From NCBI GenBank assembly GCA_028023455.1, contig JAQFVV010000001.1, forward strand, positions 11,470,001 through 11,534,000: DNA of 64,000 bases. The letters run 5' to 3'. Below are positions 12,936-25,790 of the stretch, in pieces. This DNA is from Epiperipatus broadwayi. Its lineage: Eukaryota; Animalia; Onychophora. Both the position numbers and the translations under genes were made by a program. Below the pieces are notes generated by a model. That model worked only from the letters and a program-made list of their open reading frames with translations, did no database searches and was not told the DNA's origin. Numbering within the stretch: position 1 is the first letter of the stretch; every line of letters starts with the position of its first letter.

Positions 12936-14981
12936 AAACCATAGTATATTGCAATGCATCACTGACTGATGACTTATGGCATGAAATCAATCCTACAATC
13001 ATTCTTTTGATAATATTTTATCATTCATACACCTGAAACTCAATGTCTATATTGTAACAGTATACAATATGCCGTTACATTAATTTAAAATTAAAATAAA
13101 AATTTAAGTTCGTATATAAAAACTAAAAGCTAAAATTAAAGAGTTGTTAAACGTATATATATTTGCACAGATGCAAAACTTTTGAAGTATTTTTTTTTAA
13201 ATAAATATAAAAAAAGTATTTGAACATACTTTTTTTATAAAAAAAGGTAAAAATCTAAATATAAAATAATTTTAGTAAAATGTAACATAAATAAAAAAAG
13301 ATTCCTATGCAATCTCAGTAAATGGAAATGATTGTGTTATTAATTATCGAAAAACAAACTAGCCCTTGGGGCTCTTAAATAAAAAAAGTCAGAAGACATA
13401 GATAAGAGAACAAAAAAAATTAGATATCCTATGAAGCAGCAACCAATGCTCGGACCTTAATGAAAATTTGGAACAGGAAACCATGTTCAGTGAATCCGGA
13501 CAATTGGTATAAAAAGAAAAAACTATTCAAATTAAAACAGTTTCAGCTTGATTTTTTGAGAAGGGTGAAAGGGCGCACTTTTCACTCTCATTTCAAATGA
13601 AGTGACTGTTAATTTATGAATGGCACTATTGTAGATCAGAATCATATGGGTCCTACAATAAAATAATACCAGGATTGAACCAGCTAAGGCCACCTCCAGA
13701 ACAATAGACCGGTCTTCCAATAAAGACTTTGCGGGAATTGGCACCAAGAACCGGGACTCTTCTACTGTAAAATATGAACTGTAAAATTTAAAAGTAATTA
13801 AAAACTTTCGTCAAGATTTGACAAGCTTTTAATAATCAACTAAACCTAATTTTTAAAATGAACTTTTATCTGACTTTTAAGATTTCAAAATCAATTAATA
13901 ATGTTTAATTTTATATATTTGAGTTTGCTGATTTAATCATTTCCATATTTTTTTTATTAATATTTATTGACTAAATTATATAAATGTTAAATTTAAGTCG
14001 GGCATGAATGGCTGAATAGATTTGTAAAGTTATATTAATTAATTAAGGGAGGGTTAATCGATTGGATATACTGGTGTAATTAGTAAATGTAGCATGAAGA
14101 TCCGCTATATGCAGGATCATATTATATGCTGCACTTGGACAAAATAAGTCCCATTTCTCACTGACCATCGGAAACAGATGGTACTCCCTGCTCCTTGGAT
14201 CATAACTTTTAGCCTATGGAATGGGATAGTAGGACAGAAAATGCAGTCCCTTCCTATGGAGTTTTTTTTATTGTTCTTCTCGCCAGAGAGAGGTACCATT
14301 CCTGTACTGGACAAGACAATGTCTTCTATAACCATGCTGTTCAGATGTGCATTCCTGACAGTATCGTATTGTGCTGTTGTATTCATGCTGCATTGAATAC
14401 ATCGATATATCAGATAGATTGGCGTTGGTTTGACTGCGAACTTTTGGCCTAAAGTTAAATAAGGGATAGAATATTTCTTTTTTCAAATGCAATCTATGTA
14501 GTCTATTCATACTCAACACTCTAATAAATATTAATCTCATCTGTGTGAACTTTTAAAATAAAATAAAAACAGTTAAATTGTAAATTAAAATCTAAAGTAA
14601 AATAAGTTATAATGTTTTGTAAAAAAATAAAAGTTAGACTAAAATAATAATGCTAAATTTTATATATATTAAATAAATATCTGTGTATGTTATTACTGGC
14701 AGTGGCTTCTTTTATTTTTTTTGATATTGAAAATATTTTTAGATAAGGATTCATATTTTATAAATCTCTGCATCTCACTGAGCTAGTGGCAATGGGCTGA
14801 CGGTCTGAATAAAATGTGAAATGTGAATTTTAACTTATGTATCCGCCTACTATATAAATTTTCTAGGTTCTAAGTAGCCTAGTGGCACTCTGTAGTGTAG
14901 ATACGGTAAGACTAAATTGATCTCATTCCATTCGGACTGTTATACTTGAAAGGGAAAAAAGATAATGCTGAACAAAGTTAG

Positions 14982-15789
14982 TGCTGTGTCCCCAATTAAG
15001 ACTGGGTGACCAGCGAATAAATACACAAAAGAATAATCTGAATAGTGAATAGTCTGTAACAACAATACCTCCACAGTTCACCGAGGTTCAATTCCAACAA
15101 TTTACTTTCAGACTGGCTGCTACAAAATGGTTCCCATGGGTCTCAGTTTACGCACTTTGGCTCCAATCCAGTTAAGCTGCACAGAACACATCTTAGTATA
15201 GCACTGCGACTAAACTTTAAGCTCCTTATAGCTTCCGTCTCTGCAATAGTTCACCTGTAACTCCACTTGAAAACCACTGGAAAGTCAACTCTCCATTTAG
15301 CTGCTATCCGGACAGTTTTCTCAGGCTATGGTCTCCCAATCTCTGTGGGTCTACTCAGCTATTGCCCATGAATACATTTCCACTAAGCATGCACATTAAC
15401 TGAAGCACTGACACAAGATCTCTGCTACACCAGACTGGAAAATCAACTGGAGATGCACTCGAATGGTCAACATACTTGTTACATACTCTTTGTAGCTCGC
15501 TGATTACTCGTGCAATTAATACTTTCTCCATATAAGGTAAGGTATTTAGGTCCATAGCTAATTAAATTGTGCCTTTGGAATTCCTTACCATATAAGGCAA
15601 TTTAATCTCTTGTCAAGAAATATTTGCAATCAGCAAATATTTCTAGGAATTTTATCGATCGCCATTACGTTAATTTTTTAATTAAATTTTTATCAGTTAT
15701 CAGTTCACGATCTAAAAAAAATCTCTCTAATAAATTCTAGTTTTTCTGGAGTACACAAAGTTGTATAATATTTTTACAAAAATACAACA
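14982..15789 (-). repeat. 3' LTR of the miniature LTR element
   Basis: Aligns over its length with 16169-16971; termini TGCTG...CAACA on +. Confidence 0.88.
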
Positions 15790-15803
15790 CCTCCCTCCAT
15801 TCC
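15790..15803 (-). other. Polypurine tract
   Basis: GGAATGGAGGGAGG on the minus strand, immediately upstream of TGTTG of the 3' LTR. Confidence 0.8.
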
Positions 15804-16168
15804 AGAAAAACCCATGTTGCTATTCCTCGGTATTTTGTTTTAAATCATGTCCGATTTAAACTGCTACCACAACTTCATCGCCAATTACAGGTTCAATGGT
15901 GACTATGCAAGCATGGTGGAATTCAGCGACAAAATATATACAATGTACTGTGCAAGCGTGATGGAATTCAGCTTCCAATGCTGAATATGCAAATGTTTTA
16001 TTTCCTAACTTTCATGTTATTACATCACGTAGACTTGCAGCTAATTTTTTAGCCATTCCCTTCCATTATTAGCATTTTACAAACTGGAATTTCCATTTTC
16101 ATCTGGTTTCTCCCAATTGCGGTTAAATTTGTTGTAATGCAAAATGCATTTGCTACTAACAGGTTTGA

Positions 16169-16971
16169 GCTGTGTCCACAACAAAGACTGGGTGACCAGT
16201 GAACAAATACACATAAAAGAATAATCTGAATAGCAAATAGTCTGTAACAACAATATCTCAACAGTTCACTGAGGTTCAATTCCCATGAGTTACTTTCAGA
16301 CTGGCTGCTACAAAATAGTTCCCATGGGTCTTGGTTTATGCACACTTTGGCCCCAGTCCGGTTAAGCTGCACGTGAACACATCTTGGTATAGCACTGCGA
16401 CCAACTTAAGTTCCTTACAGCTTCTATCTCTGCAACAGTCACCTGTAACTCCACTTGAAAAACACAGGAAACTCAACTCTTCGTTTAGCTGCTAATTAGA
16501 TGGTTTCCTCAGGATACGATCTCCCAATCTTTGTGGGCCTGTTCAGTTATTGCCCGTAAACACATTTCTATTGAGCGCTGTACATTAACCAAAGCACTGA
16601 CACTACACTGGAATTGAACTGGAAAATCAACTGGAGATGCACTCAAATGGCCAATGTGCTTGTTACATACTCTTTTTATAGCTTTCTGATTACTCCTGCA
16701 ATTAATTACCTTCTCCATGTAAGATAAGGTATTTAGGTCCATAGCTAATTAAATTGTGCCTTCAGAATTCCTTACCATATATGGTAATTTAGTCCCCGAT
16801 CGAAAAATATTTGCAATCAGCAAATATTTCTAGGAATTTTATCGATCGCAATTACATTAATTCTTTAATTAAATTTTTATCAGTTATCAGTTCGCGATCT
16901 AAAAAAATCTAATAAATTCTAATTTTTTTGGAGTGCACAAACTTGTATAATATTTTTACAAAAATACAACA
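16169..16971 (-). repeat. 5' LTR of the miniature LTR element
   Basis: Second copy of the ~0.8-kb repeat; its inner terminal base is altered and no PBS follows. Confidence 0.88.
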
Positions 16972-17239
16972 GTTAGTTTTAGTAAATTACTTACTATTAA
17001 AGTTCAAATGGAAAGAAGTTCACAAAGACTTTAATTAGACAAATAAACAAATCTTTTGGAGATTAATGAACTGTATAATTAGCGGTTGGGTGCGAAATGA
17101 GATATTTTCACACACTATATTCCATAGCAATTCCCAAAAGTAAATGGGATAAATTATTGTCACAAATATAATTTTATTGTACTTGTTAATATTGTTAAAT
17201 TAATAGCCTCAGCAAACAGAAACAAACTTGCTGATATAT

Positions 17240-17311
17240 CTATTCAAGTTGCGTATTGTACCGGTCGAAACCCACCTATTCAAGTTGCGTATTGTACCGG
17301 TCGAAACCCAC
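17240..17311. repeat. Perfect 36-bp tandem duplication
   Basis: ctattcaagttgcgtattgtaccggtcgaaacccac occurs twice head-to-tail. Confidence 0.95.
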
Positions 17312-20082
17312 CACCACCGCAAGTCAAATCGGATTCTAACTCAGCTGAACCAAAACTGAATTCAAACCCAACTCAACAGCTCAGATAGCAGAAATCGACG
17401 GCACAGTGCCATGCGCCAAGAACTAGCTCAACGGTTGGTGAGGACTAGAGACCCTTTTACTGACACGAATATCAATTACCTTTGACTACTTTTAAATCGA
17501 ATCATAGGTATGTTAGGGTTGCCAACACAGACAGCGAGTATTAACATTTAAATAATTATAAAAAAATGATGAATTGAGAAACCAAGTATGTTAGAAAATA
17601 TTTAATAAGAATAATTTGTTTCGTTTCCATAAAACATAGAACGCATTAATTACCTCTAGTCTTTAAGAGAATTTACAAATATAATACAAGTGGCGGTCCT
17701 TATCATATGCCAACAATTATTACACAACATAGAATTCTATGTCTATGCCCCCAACGAGAAATATAAAGGCGGATAAAGGTATTCATTAAGAACGGAAATG
17801 ATTGTTCTAATTTTATTACGGTGGAATGTGAGATTTATTTTCACGTTCGGAAATCTATTCATGAAGAGCAAAACGTATTTTAGGGCATAACGTTAAAATT
17901 GATTTGAAACTTATTGAATTAATAATATATTTGAGGATTTGTTCGACTTTAATTTAAATCACTTCATCACGAATTACGAGCATGGAGCGGGTTTTACCGG
18001 AACAGAGATGCAACGGTACTGGCGGCTTACGAGGCAGAGAGTAAAATTGAAATATGATCGCTAGTCGATGATTGAAGTCCTATGGCGGCTTGCATCTAAC
18101 AAGTCTTACGCCCTTTGACTAATGAATACGAAAGGAGGTACTTTCTTCCTTGAGAAATTTAAATAAGAGAATATGATCACCGACCAGCCTAACGGAGCGG
18201 AAGATTGCCCTGCGTCAGCAACGTTCGATGATGATGATGACTTGATGATCATCGTTGAAAAATAAAACCCAGTAGAATGCCCTACGTGATGACTTGACCA
18301 ATTAATTAAAGTCAAGCGGGCTTTTAAGAAAACTTATTTGAAAGTATTTGGAAACTATATTAACTATGCCCTAACAACGTGCTCTTCCTGAAGCTAAAGA
18401 AAATAACAAAGTGGAATTAAAATATAGTTAACCCTTCATCGACCCGTTTTGCAATAAAAATATTCAAAGATTATATTTAAATAAATATATATTAGTGGAA
18501 CAAGAAATCAATATTTTAACCTTATGTGAGTAAAAAAAAAACACTTGCAACTTAAGAGCTGGGGACATAGGTGAAAAACGGAGCTAATAATTTATTATTA
18601 GCCAATTATAAAAATAGTAAACATGTAATATTTCTTTCGACTCGATGATTGATAGAACTTATAAATTTAGTTCTAATGGGCGAGAATTACTATTTAAAAT
18701 TAATATATTATTTGCGTGAGGCAAATAGATCAAAGGAGCTCATCGAGTCGAGAGATTATTGGCATATAATTTTAAATCCGACATTAAAGCACACATATAT
18801 ATATATATATTAAATGAACCGCCAGGTAAGAAAAGAAAAGTTTAAAGACTAGAGATTGAAAGACTTACGCTATAGATTTACAGTAGCATTTTATAAATAT
18901 TTTACATTGAAGAATAAAGAGCTCTTAAATAGGAGGCGAGCAGAATAAAGTTCGAACTGGCCAGAAAGTTTAACGTTCATTTAGAAATATATTACCCTTC
19001 CGTGCTGAGTCCTTAATTTACACCTCCAGGTTGTCAAAACGCAGGCACCACTGATTGATTACTGGAACAGCATTTTAATAGCTTTTCATGATGTTAGCAG
19101 TCTGATCGGTCCGGAAAGATTCAGCAGCACCATTGAAGATGTCTCGGGACTTTAGGAACCGTAGCCAGATTCCTGATATTTTAGCCCTCTATCATGATGA
19201 AATACAATTTATACGCACAGAGTTCACTGCACTACTCGACAACAAAAGCTCGCCTTTTTCCTGACTTTTCAGGGCTATATATACTGTTCACTGATGCCTC
19301 CGGCTAGCGCTCATTTTATTATCCATCTGTTTTTTTATAATTAGTTGTTTTCAAATACATTCCCTCGATAAGGCTTTCAAACTAATTAGCTTGAATTCCT
19401 TCTCTAATTGAAAATGAATTCTTAAAATCTGAAAATGATTTAATTAGAAAAATGAATCCTTATCTTTTTCCAATTCATAAAGCTTTACTATTGTTTTTAA
19501 GAATTTTAAAGCTTATCGAAGGAATGTAGCTTTTAATCACCGAAACTTTACAAATTATTTAAAGGTGAAAAAAAACAAGTATTCCCGACGCAATGAAACT
19601 TTCGAACAATTATATATATTTAATATTTACAAATATATATACGCACAATCCACGCAATTTAATATATATAAATTCATGAATATTTTATCATGAATTTATT
19701 TAGAGAATTGATCAATTTTAAACTAAACTAATTAATTTTGCTACGCATTTGAAATAAGTTATTCATTATGGAAATTAGCGTGGATTGAACGTATAAAGCC
19801 CCATTGCATCGGAAATTTAAGGTTAGTATTAGGGTAAATAACATGAAGCTAGGATCGAACTCAGATCCGACTGCTTCAGTATATATTATTCATTTTCACC
19901 TATACAATAAAATAAAAAAATAAATATATGTAATATTTTGTATACAATAATATTTTATTTCAAATATCTTACTTATTTTTACATATTATTATATAAATAA
20001 ATCAAGAAAATTTTATAGTTTGAAATTTATTTCTTAACCAGAAAATGTTTTCATTATTGTTTATTAAAAGATGAATATATAT

Positions 20083-22872
20083 TGTGAGGGTAGCTCAGAT
20101 CCCTCCCACAACAAACGTTAGCCATTTGAAATGATACAGATTGTTTTTTATGTAATTAGCATCTAAAGATCAAATAAAATAAGTTTTTGCTAGAACACTT
20201 TTGGATAATATAAATGTTTGGATATTTTTAACAGTGTACTAACTACATATTAAGTATTGGGAATGATGGATAATTTACAGTGAAAAAAAAAAAAACATAT
20301 ATATTAGTAATAAAATTTTATTGTTTAAGAAAATATAAATCTTGATAAAAAAAATTGTACATAGTTATATATATATGCTGATCATTGTACTGTGTTGACC
20401 ATATTAAACAGACAATGACTTAAATGAAAAATAATCATAGTAATAGAAAATAAATCGAGTATTGCAATATCTGAATATAAGAGAGATAATAATAATAACA
20501 TTGCAAATTTATTATATAATTTGTGTTATGTTTTTTTTTTAAATGAATCGATAAAATAAAAATATTTTAAAAATACAACAATAGGAACGCGCTACTTTAA
20601 ACAATAGGAATAACGCCGGTATAAAAAGAAAAACAATTAAAAATCATTCTTCTTTCTTATCCTGTGTTTGACCTGAATAGTCATCTTATTGAAGCAACTA
20701 TTATTTTAATATTTTTTTGGCAAAATGGACTTTTTTTTAAAGCAGCATCTCAACAAATATTAATGTTTTTCCAATTGTTTGTCAGTCGGAAAAGGAGTAC
20801 AGGAAATGAATGAAATATTCTTATTCTAATTCAATAATCAGATAAGTTAAAATAATTTATCAATTGAAATTTTAAAAAAACTATTATGATTTTTTTAAAA
20901 AAAGAAACTAAAAAAAGATATCACAACAATTTATTTAATTTAAAGTTTACATAGCTAATATTACAAACTGTAAATAGGTTCTGTCTATAAATATATTTTT
21001 ATTAAATGCAAACCACATATATATTTATATAAATCTGTATATATAGTTAAAATATGACATACATTGGCTAGAACAATTAATTGTCTTTGGGGTGGAGCAT
21101 TTTTATTTATCCACTATGACCATGTGAAAATTAATATTTAACTGTTTACAATTTAAGTGTCTGATAAGCTAGATCCACACAAGATGAAAATCTATGGAGG
21201 ATTAACACAAAACTATTTACTGCCAACTTAAATAAATTCAGAATGTGTTATATAGGATCAATCAGAAGTTCTCAGTATCTATAATAATAAAAAAATGCAT
21301 AAATTATAAGGACTAATTGTGTAAGGACTCGAAAAATAATTATGCTTAATCATATCAATTCATAAAATATTGTAAAATTATGTTTCATTTTCTTTTGTAT
21401 AGATTTGTATTTTTATTTTATTATCTCGATCTTATATTTGGGAAGTACTACTTATAGTTCAACATGGAACAGTCCAACATAAGAAAATATCAAGAGAGTA
21501 GGGGGGGGGAGGTTGAAAAGACTATTTTCTTTTTGTTTTTAATAATATCTAGGTGATTTATTTTCTACCAAAATATTTGATTTTCAGCTATAAACATAAA
21601 ATTAAGTGATCCAATAGAATACTTAAATGGTAAGAGTTTTTTCTTTTTTTTAAAGTCACTGAAATAATCAATGCTACATGACATGACTTACTTCTAGTTA
21701 CAGTATTTGTTTTACTAACAGTATCCTTAAGATCTTTATAATGAATGAATGATTAATGTTTTTCAAATTGATATTCTTTATAATTTTCTGTTCTATCATA
21801 TCATGTGTTGTTTTATTATTATACTTTTCCACACTTAAAATTGCATACTACATCTGAGGTTGCAGTTAAATTTTCATTGAGTTAGCAATCTCACTTTTAA
21901 TTCATAATTTTTATTATTATCTTGGATATATAGATGTCTATATTATGGTTGTCTATCATGGGAAATAAAGGTGAATAGTTTTAAATTGTTTAAGTAAAGA
22001 AATGATAGATACTCATCATAGACATAAAAGCTATCAGTACACAGGGATATATCCAAATAATTTACTTGCACTTGTAAAAAAAATTTTCTTGTTTGAAATT
22101 TTTTTTTCTTTTCAACATTGATTGAGAATTTATTTTTATGTTTGAATATCTTTTCTTGTTTTGTAAATAAATATTATGAAGTTTTGTTAATTGATAAGGT
22201 CTCTGTAGTTTTATTGATCCAGCATTTACATTCAATCCAGCATTTATATTCCATCTTATAACCAATATTTTACACATGCACACACCCACATTATTGTTTG
22301 ATAGGTATGTGAGAAAATGTTAAATAAAGGTTATTTCTTTCTAATAGATAGGATGAGTTATTTTAGTTGTTGATTAACAGTTTGCATAGATGCATTCCTG
22401 TTAAGAGAGTCGAACATGAATTCTTCCAGAGTTTGAATATCTGAGGCAACGGTTTTGAAAAGGAGTGGTGAGATATTAGATGAACTGATTTAAATTACAT
22501 GTAGATTTGATGGATAATGCTTAGGCTAGTCTATTAAAGATAGATGTAATCATGAGTCAGGTACTTCATCGTGTTATCTCTAGCATCCTACATGAAGACC
22601 TTAGGTCCGACTAATTAGATATGAGCTTGCTCAGGTCCGACAGTAATTAGATGTGAGCTTGCTCTCTTTCTCCTATATACATGAATGAACCGGACTGTTG
22701 CATTTGGCACTATCAATTTTAGGATATGAAAGATAGGTGTACCAGCATTTTTAGGTTTGATGTAAAATTGATTATATGTTGTGGACGAACCAGCAGATTG
22801 TTGGAAGCTGATATGTGTGTTCAAATGCATTTGCAGACCGGCACATCTGGCTATACTCAACCAACCATTACA
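20083..22872 (+). repeat. 5' LTR of element A (~2.8 kb)
   Basis: Collinear with 29170-31287 plus 37511-38419; ends ...ACCATTACA and is followed by the PBS. Confidence 0.92.
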
Positions 22873-22874
22873 TC

Positions 22875-22889
22875 TGGCGCCCATACGTG
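22875..22889 (+). other. Primer binding site (tRNA-Lys-type)
   Basis: TGGCGCCCATACGTG, 2 nt after the LTR end; resembles TGGCGCCCAACGTGG, the complement of the tRNA-Lys(CUU) 3' end. Confidence 0.8.
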
Positions 22890-23663
22890 TTAGGCATGAA
22901 GATATTATAGTTTCAAGGGATGTTTAGCCCTTTGACAGAAATTTTCAAAAAAAAAAAAAAAATTTTTTTTGTTGAATAATTTTAAACTTGCCATTTGTAT
23001 AACAAGTTCAACTAATACTAAACCACTATTGTATATATGCCTACAACAAGTAAATACTGTACTTAAATATTAAATAAAAACAAAACGTCTAAAATTAAAA
23101 ATTAATAAATAAAAGAAAAAAAAAATACATATAAAGAATGAATGCGGGATCAATAAACAGACTTGTAAAAGAATTAAATCAAGAGACTTGTAAAACAATT
23201 AAATCAAGAGTAAATTGGCACTAAAGTAGAGGAGTCAGGCAATGTAAAAACTAATCTAAATGTAGACAGTCAAATAAAAATTTGATATAGAAGTTAAAGT
23301 TGCACATGGCATAGTTGGGGAAAATGTACAACCCTGAGACAATTATCTGCTATAATATTTTTTTATAAATAAAAGATGTTTAAAATAATTAATGATATTA
23401 AGAAGTAGAAAAAAATTATGGAGTATGGAGACAGAATTTTGCCAAGGAGAAATAAGTGATATTGAGGTAGAGAAGAGTGAAGTTAGCGCTGTTGAGGTAA
23501 GTAAAGTTGAGATTAGCCATGAGGGAGGTCTCTGCCTAGTCAAACATCTGGGGGATCCGTAACTGAAGGCGACCGCTTCCCACAAACATGTCAAGATGAT
23601 GAAATGACCATTGAGGCAGAAGAAACTCATGTTAAAAAAACAGTTCAATCACCATGAAGTGAA

Positions 23664-25600
23664 GTGGTCCAGGCTATGGAAGATACTATCACAATGGCAC
23701 AATTGGCCCAGATGATCCAAAATATGATGAGTAAGATGGCAACCAAGACTGATTTTGCTAATATGAAGTCTGAAATGAGTAACATGGAGAATAGTATGAA
23801 GTCTGAAATGAGTAATATGAAAACAAGATTGGTGAGTAACATGGCAATGAAGACATGTTGCTAATATGGAATTTAAGATGAGTTGTATGGAGAGTAAGAT
23901 GTGTGGTATGGAAATCAAGTTTGAAGACTGATATGGAAGCCATAAATAGGAATATGGATAGCATAGAAGCCAGAATGGATAGTATAGCAACCAAGAATGA
24001 TGCACATAGTATGGAAAGTAGATTAGAAGTAAAAATAAGAGTGTGGATAGGATGCAAGTAACCTTGGAGAAGGAAATTAAAGACACTGAAGCTAGACTAT
24101 CTCAGAAAATGGAGCAACTATCTCTAAATGTAAGCACCGTTTGAGAAAGTAATGCTGAATTAAAGAAAGAAGTAGGTGAAATGCGGAAAGAAATAAAGGA
24201 GAGATATACAATGTCAGCAACGACTAGAAGAATTTAAGTGTAGCATCACTAATCAGCTCAGCATCAAGTGTGAAGAAGTGTGCCAGACTTATGAGATTTT
24301 CAAAGGGAAGATGCAAGAAAATCAGGAAAAAACATCAGGTAGAAATTCAAAGGGAGTTATAAGCAGTTCACTCCAAAATGGAGCAAATTATTAGTAAATA
24401 AGCTACAGAAACAAAAGCACATGATGAGACAATGGACAATTTAAATCATACTATGACATGCTTAGGGAATAAAATGGTTTCAACTGAGTCTGAGATTATA
24501 ATTTGTAAGGCTGCACTTAAGAATATTATAGGTAGACTGGGTGAGACTCAAGAGCGGATGGAGCAATTAGAGAAAGATGTTGAGCATCGAATTGCATCTG
24601 TTTAATTTCGAACACCTCAAATCAATCAAACTGAAATGGACCAAGGGACCTGGAATATAAGAGGGGAAAGATGTGACAACCCTTCAGAAAGAAATTATTA
24701 TAAGGGATTCTCATGGAATAAGTGAACCCTTTAATGATAAAGGAGAGAACCAAACATTTTATTTTGACTACAGGAATAGTGATCTTGAAGCACCTGAAAC
24801 TAGCTGTGACAGTACCATGAAGGTTCCACGGATGAATCCCAAGGAATTAAGAAGAATGCTTGGTCAGCTAGCTCACATTAATGCAGTTAATCAGTTTGTG
24901 AAACTTAAGATTTTGAAGGAATTGGCCACTGAAGCCCCCATAGAAACTTGAGAAGCTTAAACTTGTACTTTACAGTTAATCAGGACGGAAGGGGAGAAAA
25001 TCATCATTGCATACAGCCATCTACAAGGAGATGCCCTAATATGGTGGGAGTCTTTGTTCCAACCTATCTACCTTTGATGAATACCAAATCTTGATAATGA
25101 AAAGCTTCTGGAACCGGGATAAACAAGAAGCATTACTATATCAGCTGTTCCAGGAAAAATATAAACAGACACCGGGGGAAACATTAATAAAATTCTTCCG
25201 ATGTCAAGTATCTAAACTGCAGACCCTAAACACATACCATCGGACTGAGGGTGAGATCATCCGAATCAGTAGGAAGAATTTATTCCTAAAGATAGAAGTC
25301 CCTTCTCTGCATAAATGCCAAAAGTAACAAGCAGGTAGGTGAACTGTTAAACAATATTGATGTAAACACCAGCGGCATATTTAACAGAGTCACCGAAAAG
25401 AGAAAGGAGGACCTTACTGTAAATGCTATGTACTGTAAAAGGACGAAAAGCTATGTACTGTAAAAGGACGAAAAACAATAATAACTCCAACCACTGGAAG
25501 GGGTAAATCATCACAACAAATTCCTTCACACTCTCGCTCACCTAACCAGAATCAGACAAGGGATGATAGAGCTAAAATAAACCCTATTGACCTTCCAGAA
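23664..25600 (+). pseudogene. gag: Disrupted gag of element A
   Basis: N-terminal Met-rich coiled-coil-like repeats, then a capsid-like segment (HLQGDALIWW...KSFW...QEALLYQL); many stops and frameshifts. Boundaries approximate. Confidence 0.65.
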
Positions 25601-25790
25601 AAATATAATAAACCAGGGTGTAGTAACAACTCACTCAAAATTTTAAAAAAAAAAAAAAACTAAAGGAGGACTTGGAAGTTATGTTCCTCACTTCAAGAAA
25701 CTGGAAAAAACTGGGGAACACAAGGCAAACAAGGGATCGGGAAATCACTTATCTAATGTGTTCATGGTGAGATAGAAACCCAATTATGCG

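Larger units (their letters stand above)
14982..16971 (-). mobile_element. Miniature non-autonomous LTR retroelement (two LTRs, ~0.38-kb internal region)
   Basis: Direct repeats 14982-15789 and ~16169-16971, TG...CA outer termini, 5-bp TSD GTTAG (14977-14981 and 16972-16976), minus-strand PPT abutting the 3' LTR, no coding remnant recognised. Confidence 0.88.

Noticed and set aside
12966-12986. CTGATGA...GAAA resembling a hammerhead ribozyme core
   Set aside because: The 10 nt between the motifs do not form a credible stem II, and no stem I/III pairing with a cleavage triplet was found.
15085-15095. Pol III B-box-like GGTTCAATTCC in both LTRs of the miniature element (also 16273-16283)
   Set aside because: No convincing A-box at a suitable distance and no tRNA or 5S fold; could be chance.
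17240-17311. 36-bp repeat of CRISPR-like length
   Set aside because: Only two copies, directly adjacent with no spacer.
18173-18265. Short acidic ORF MITDQPNGAEDCPASATFDDDDDLMIIVEK
   Set aside because: Only ~30 codons, the acidic run comes from a (GAT)n microsatellite, and no splice acceptor links it to a gene.
19846-19880. Hairpin with a minus-strand B-box-like GTTCGATCC (possible tRNA or SINE)
   Set aside because: No A-box, cloverleaf, tail or second copy seen.
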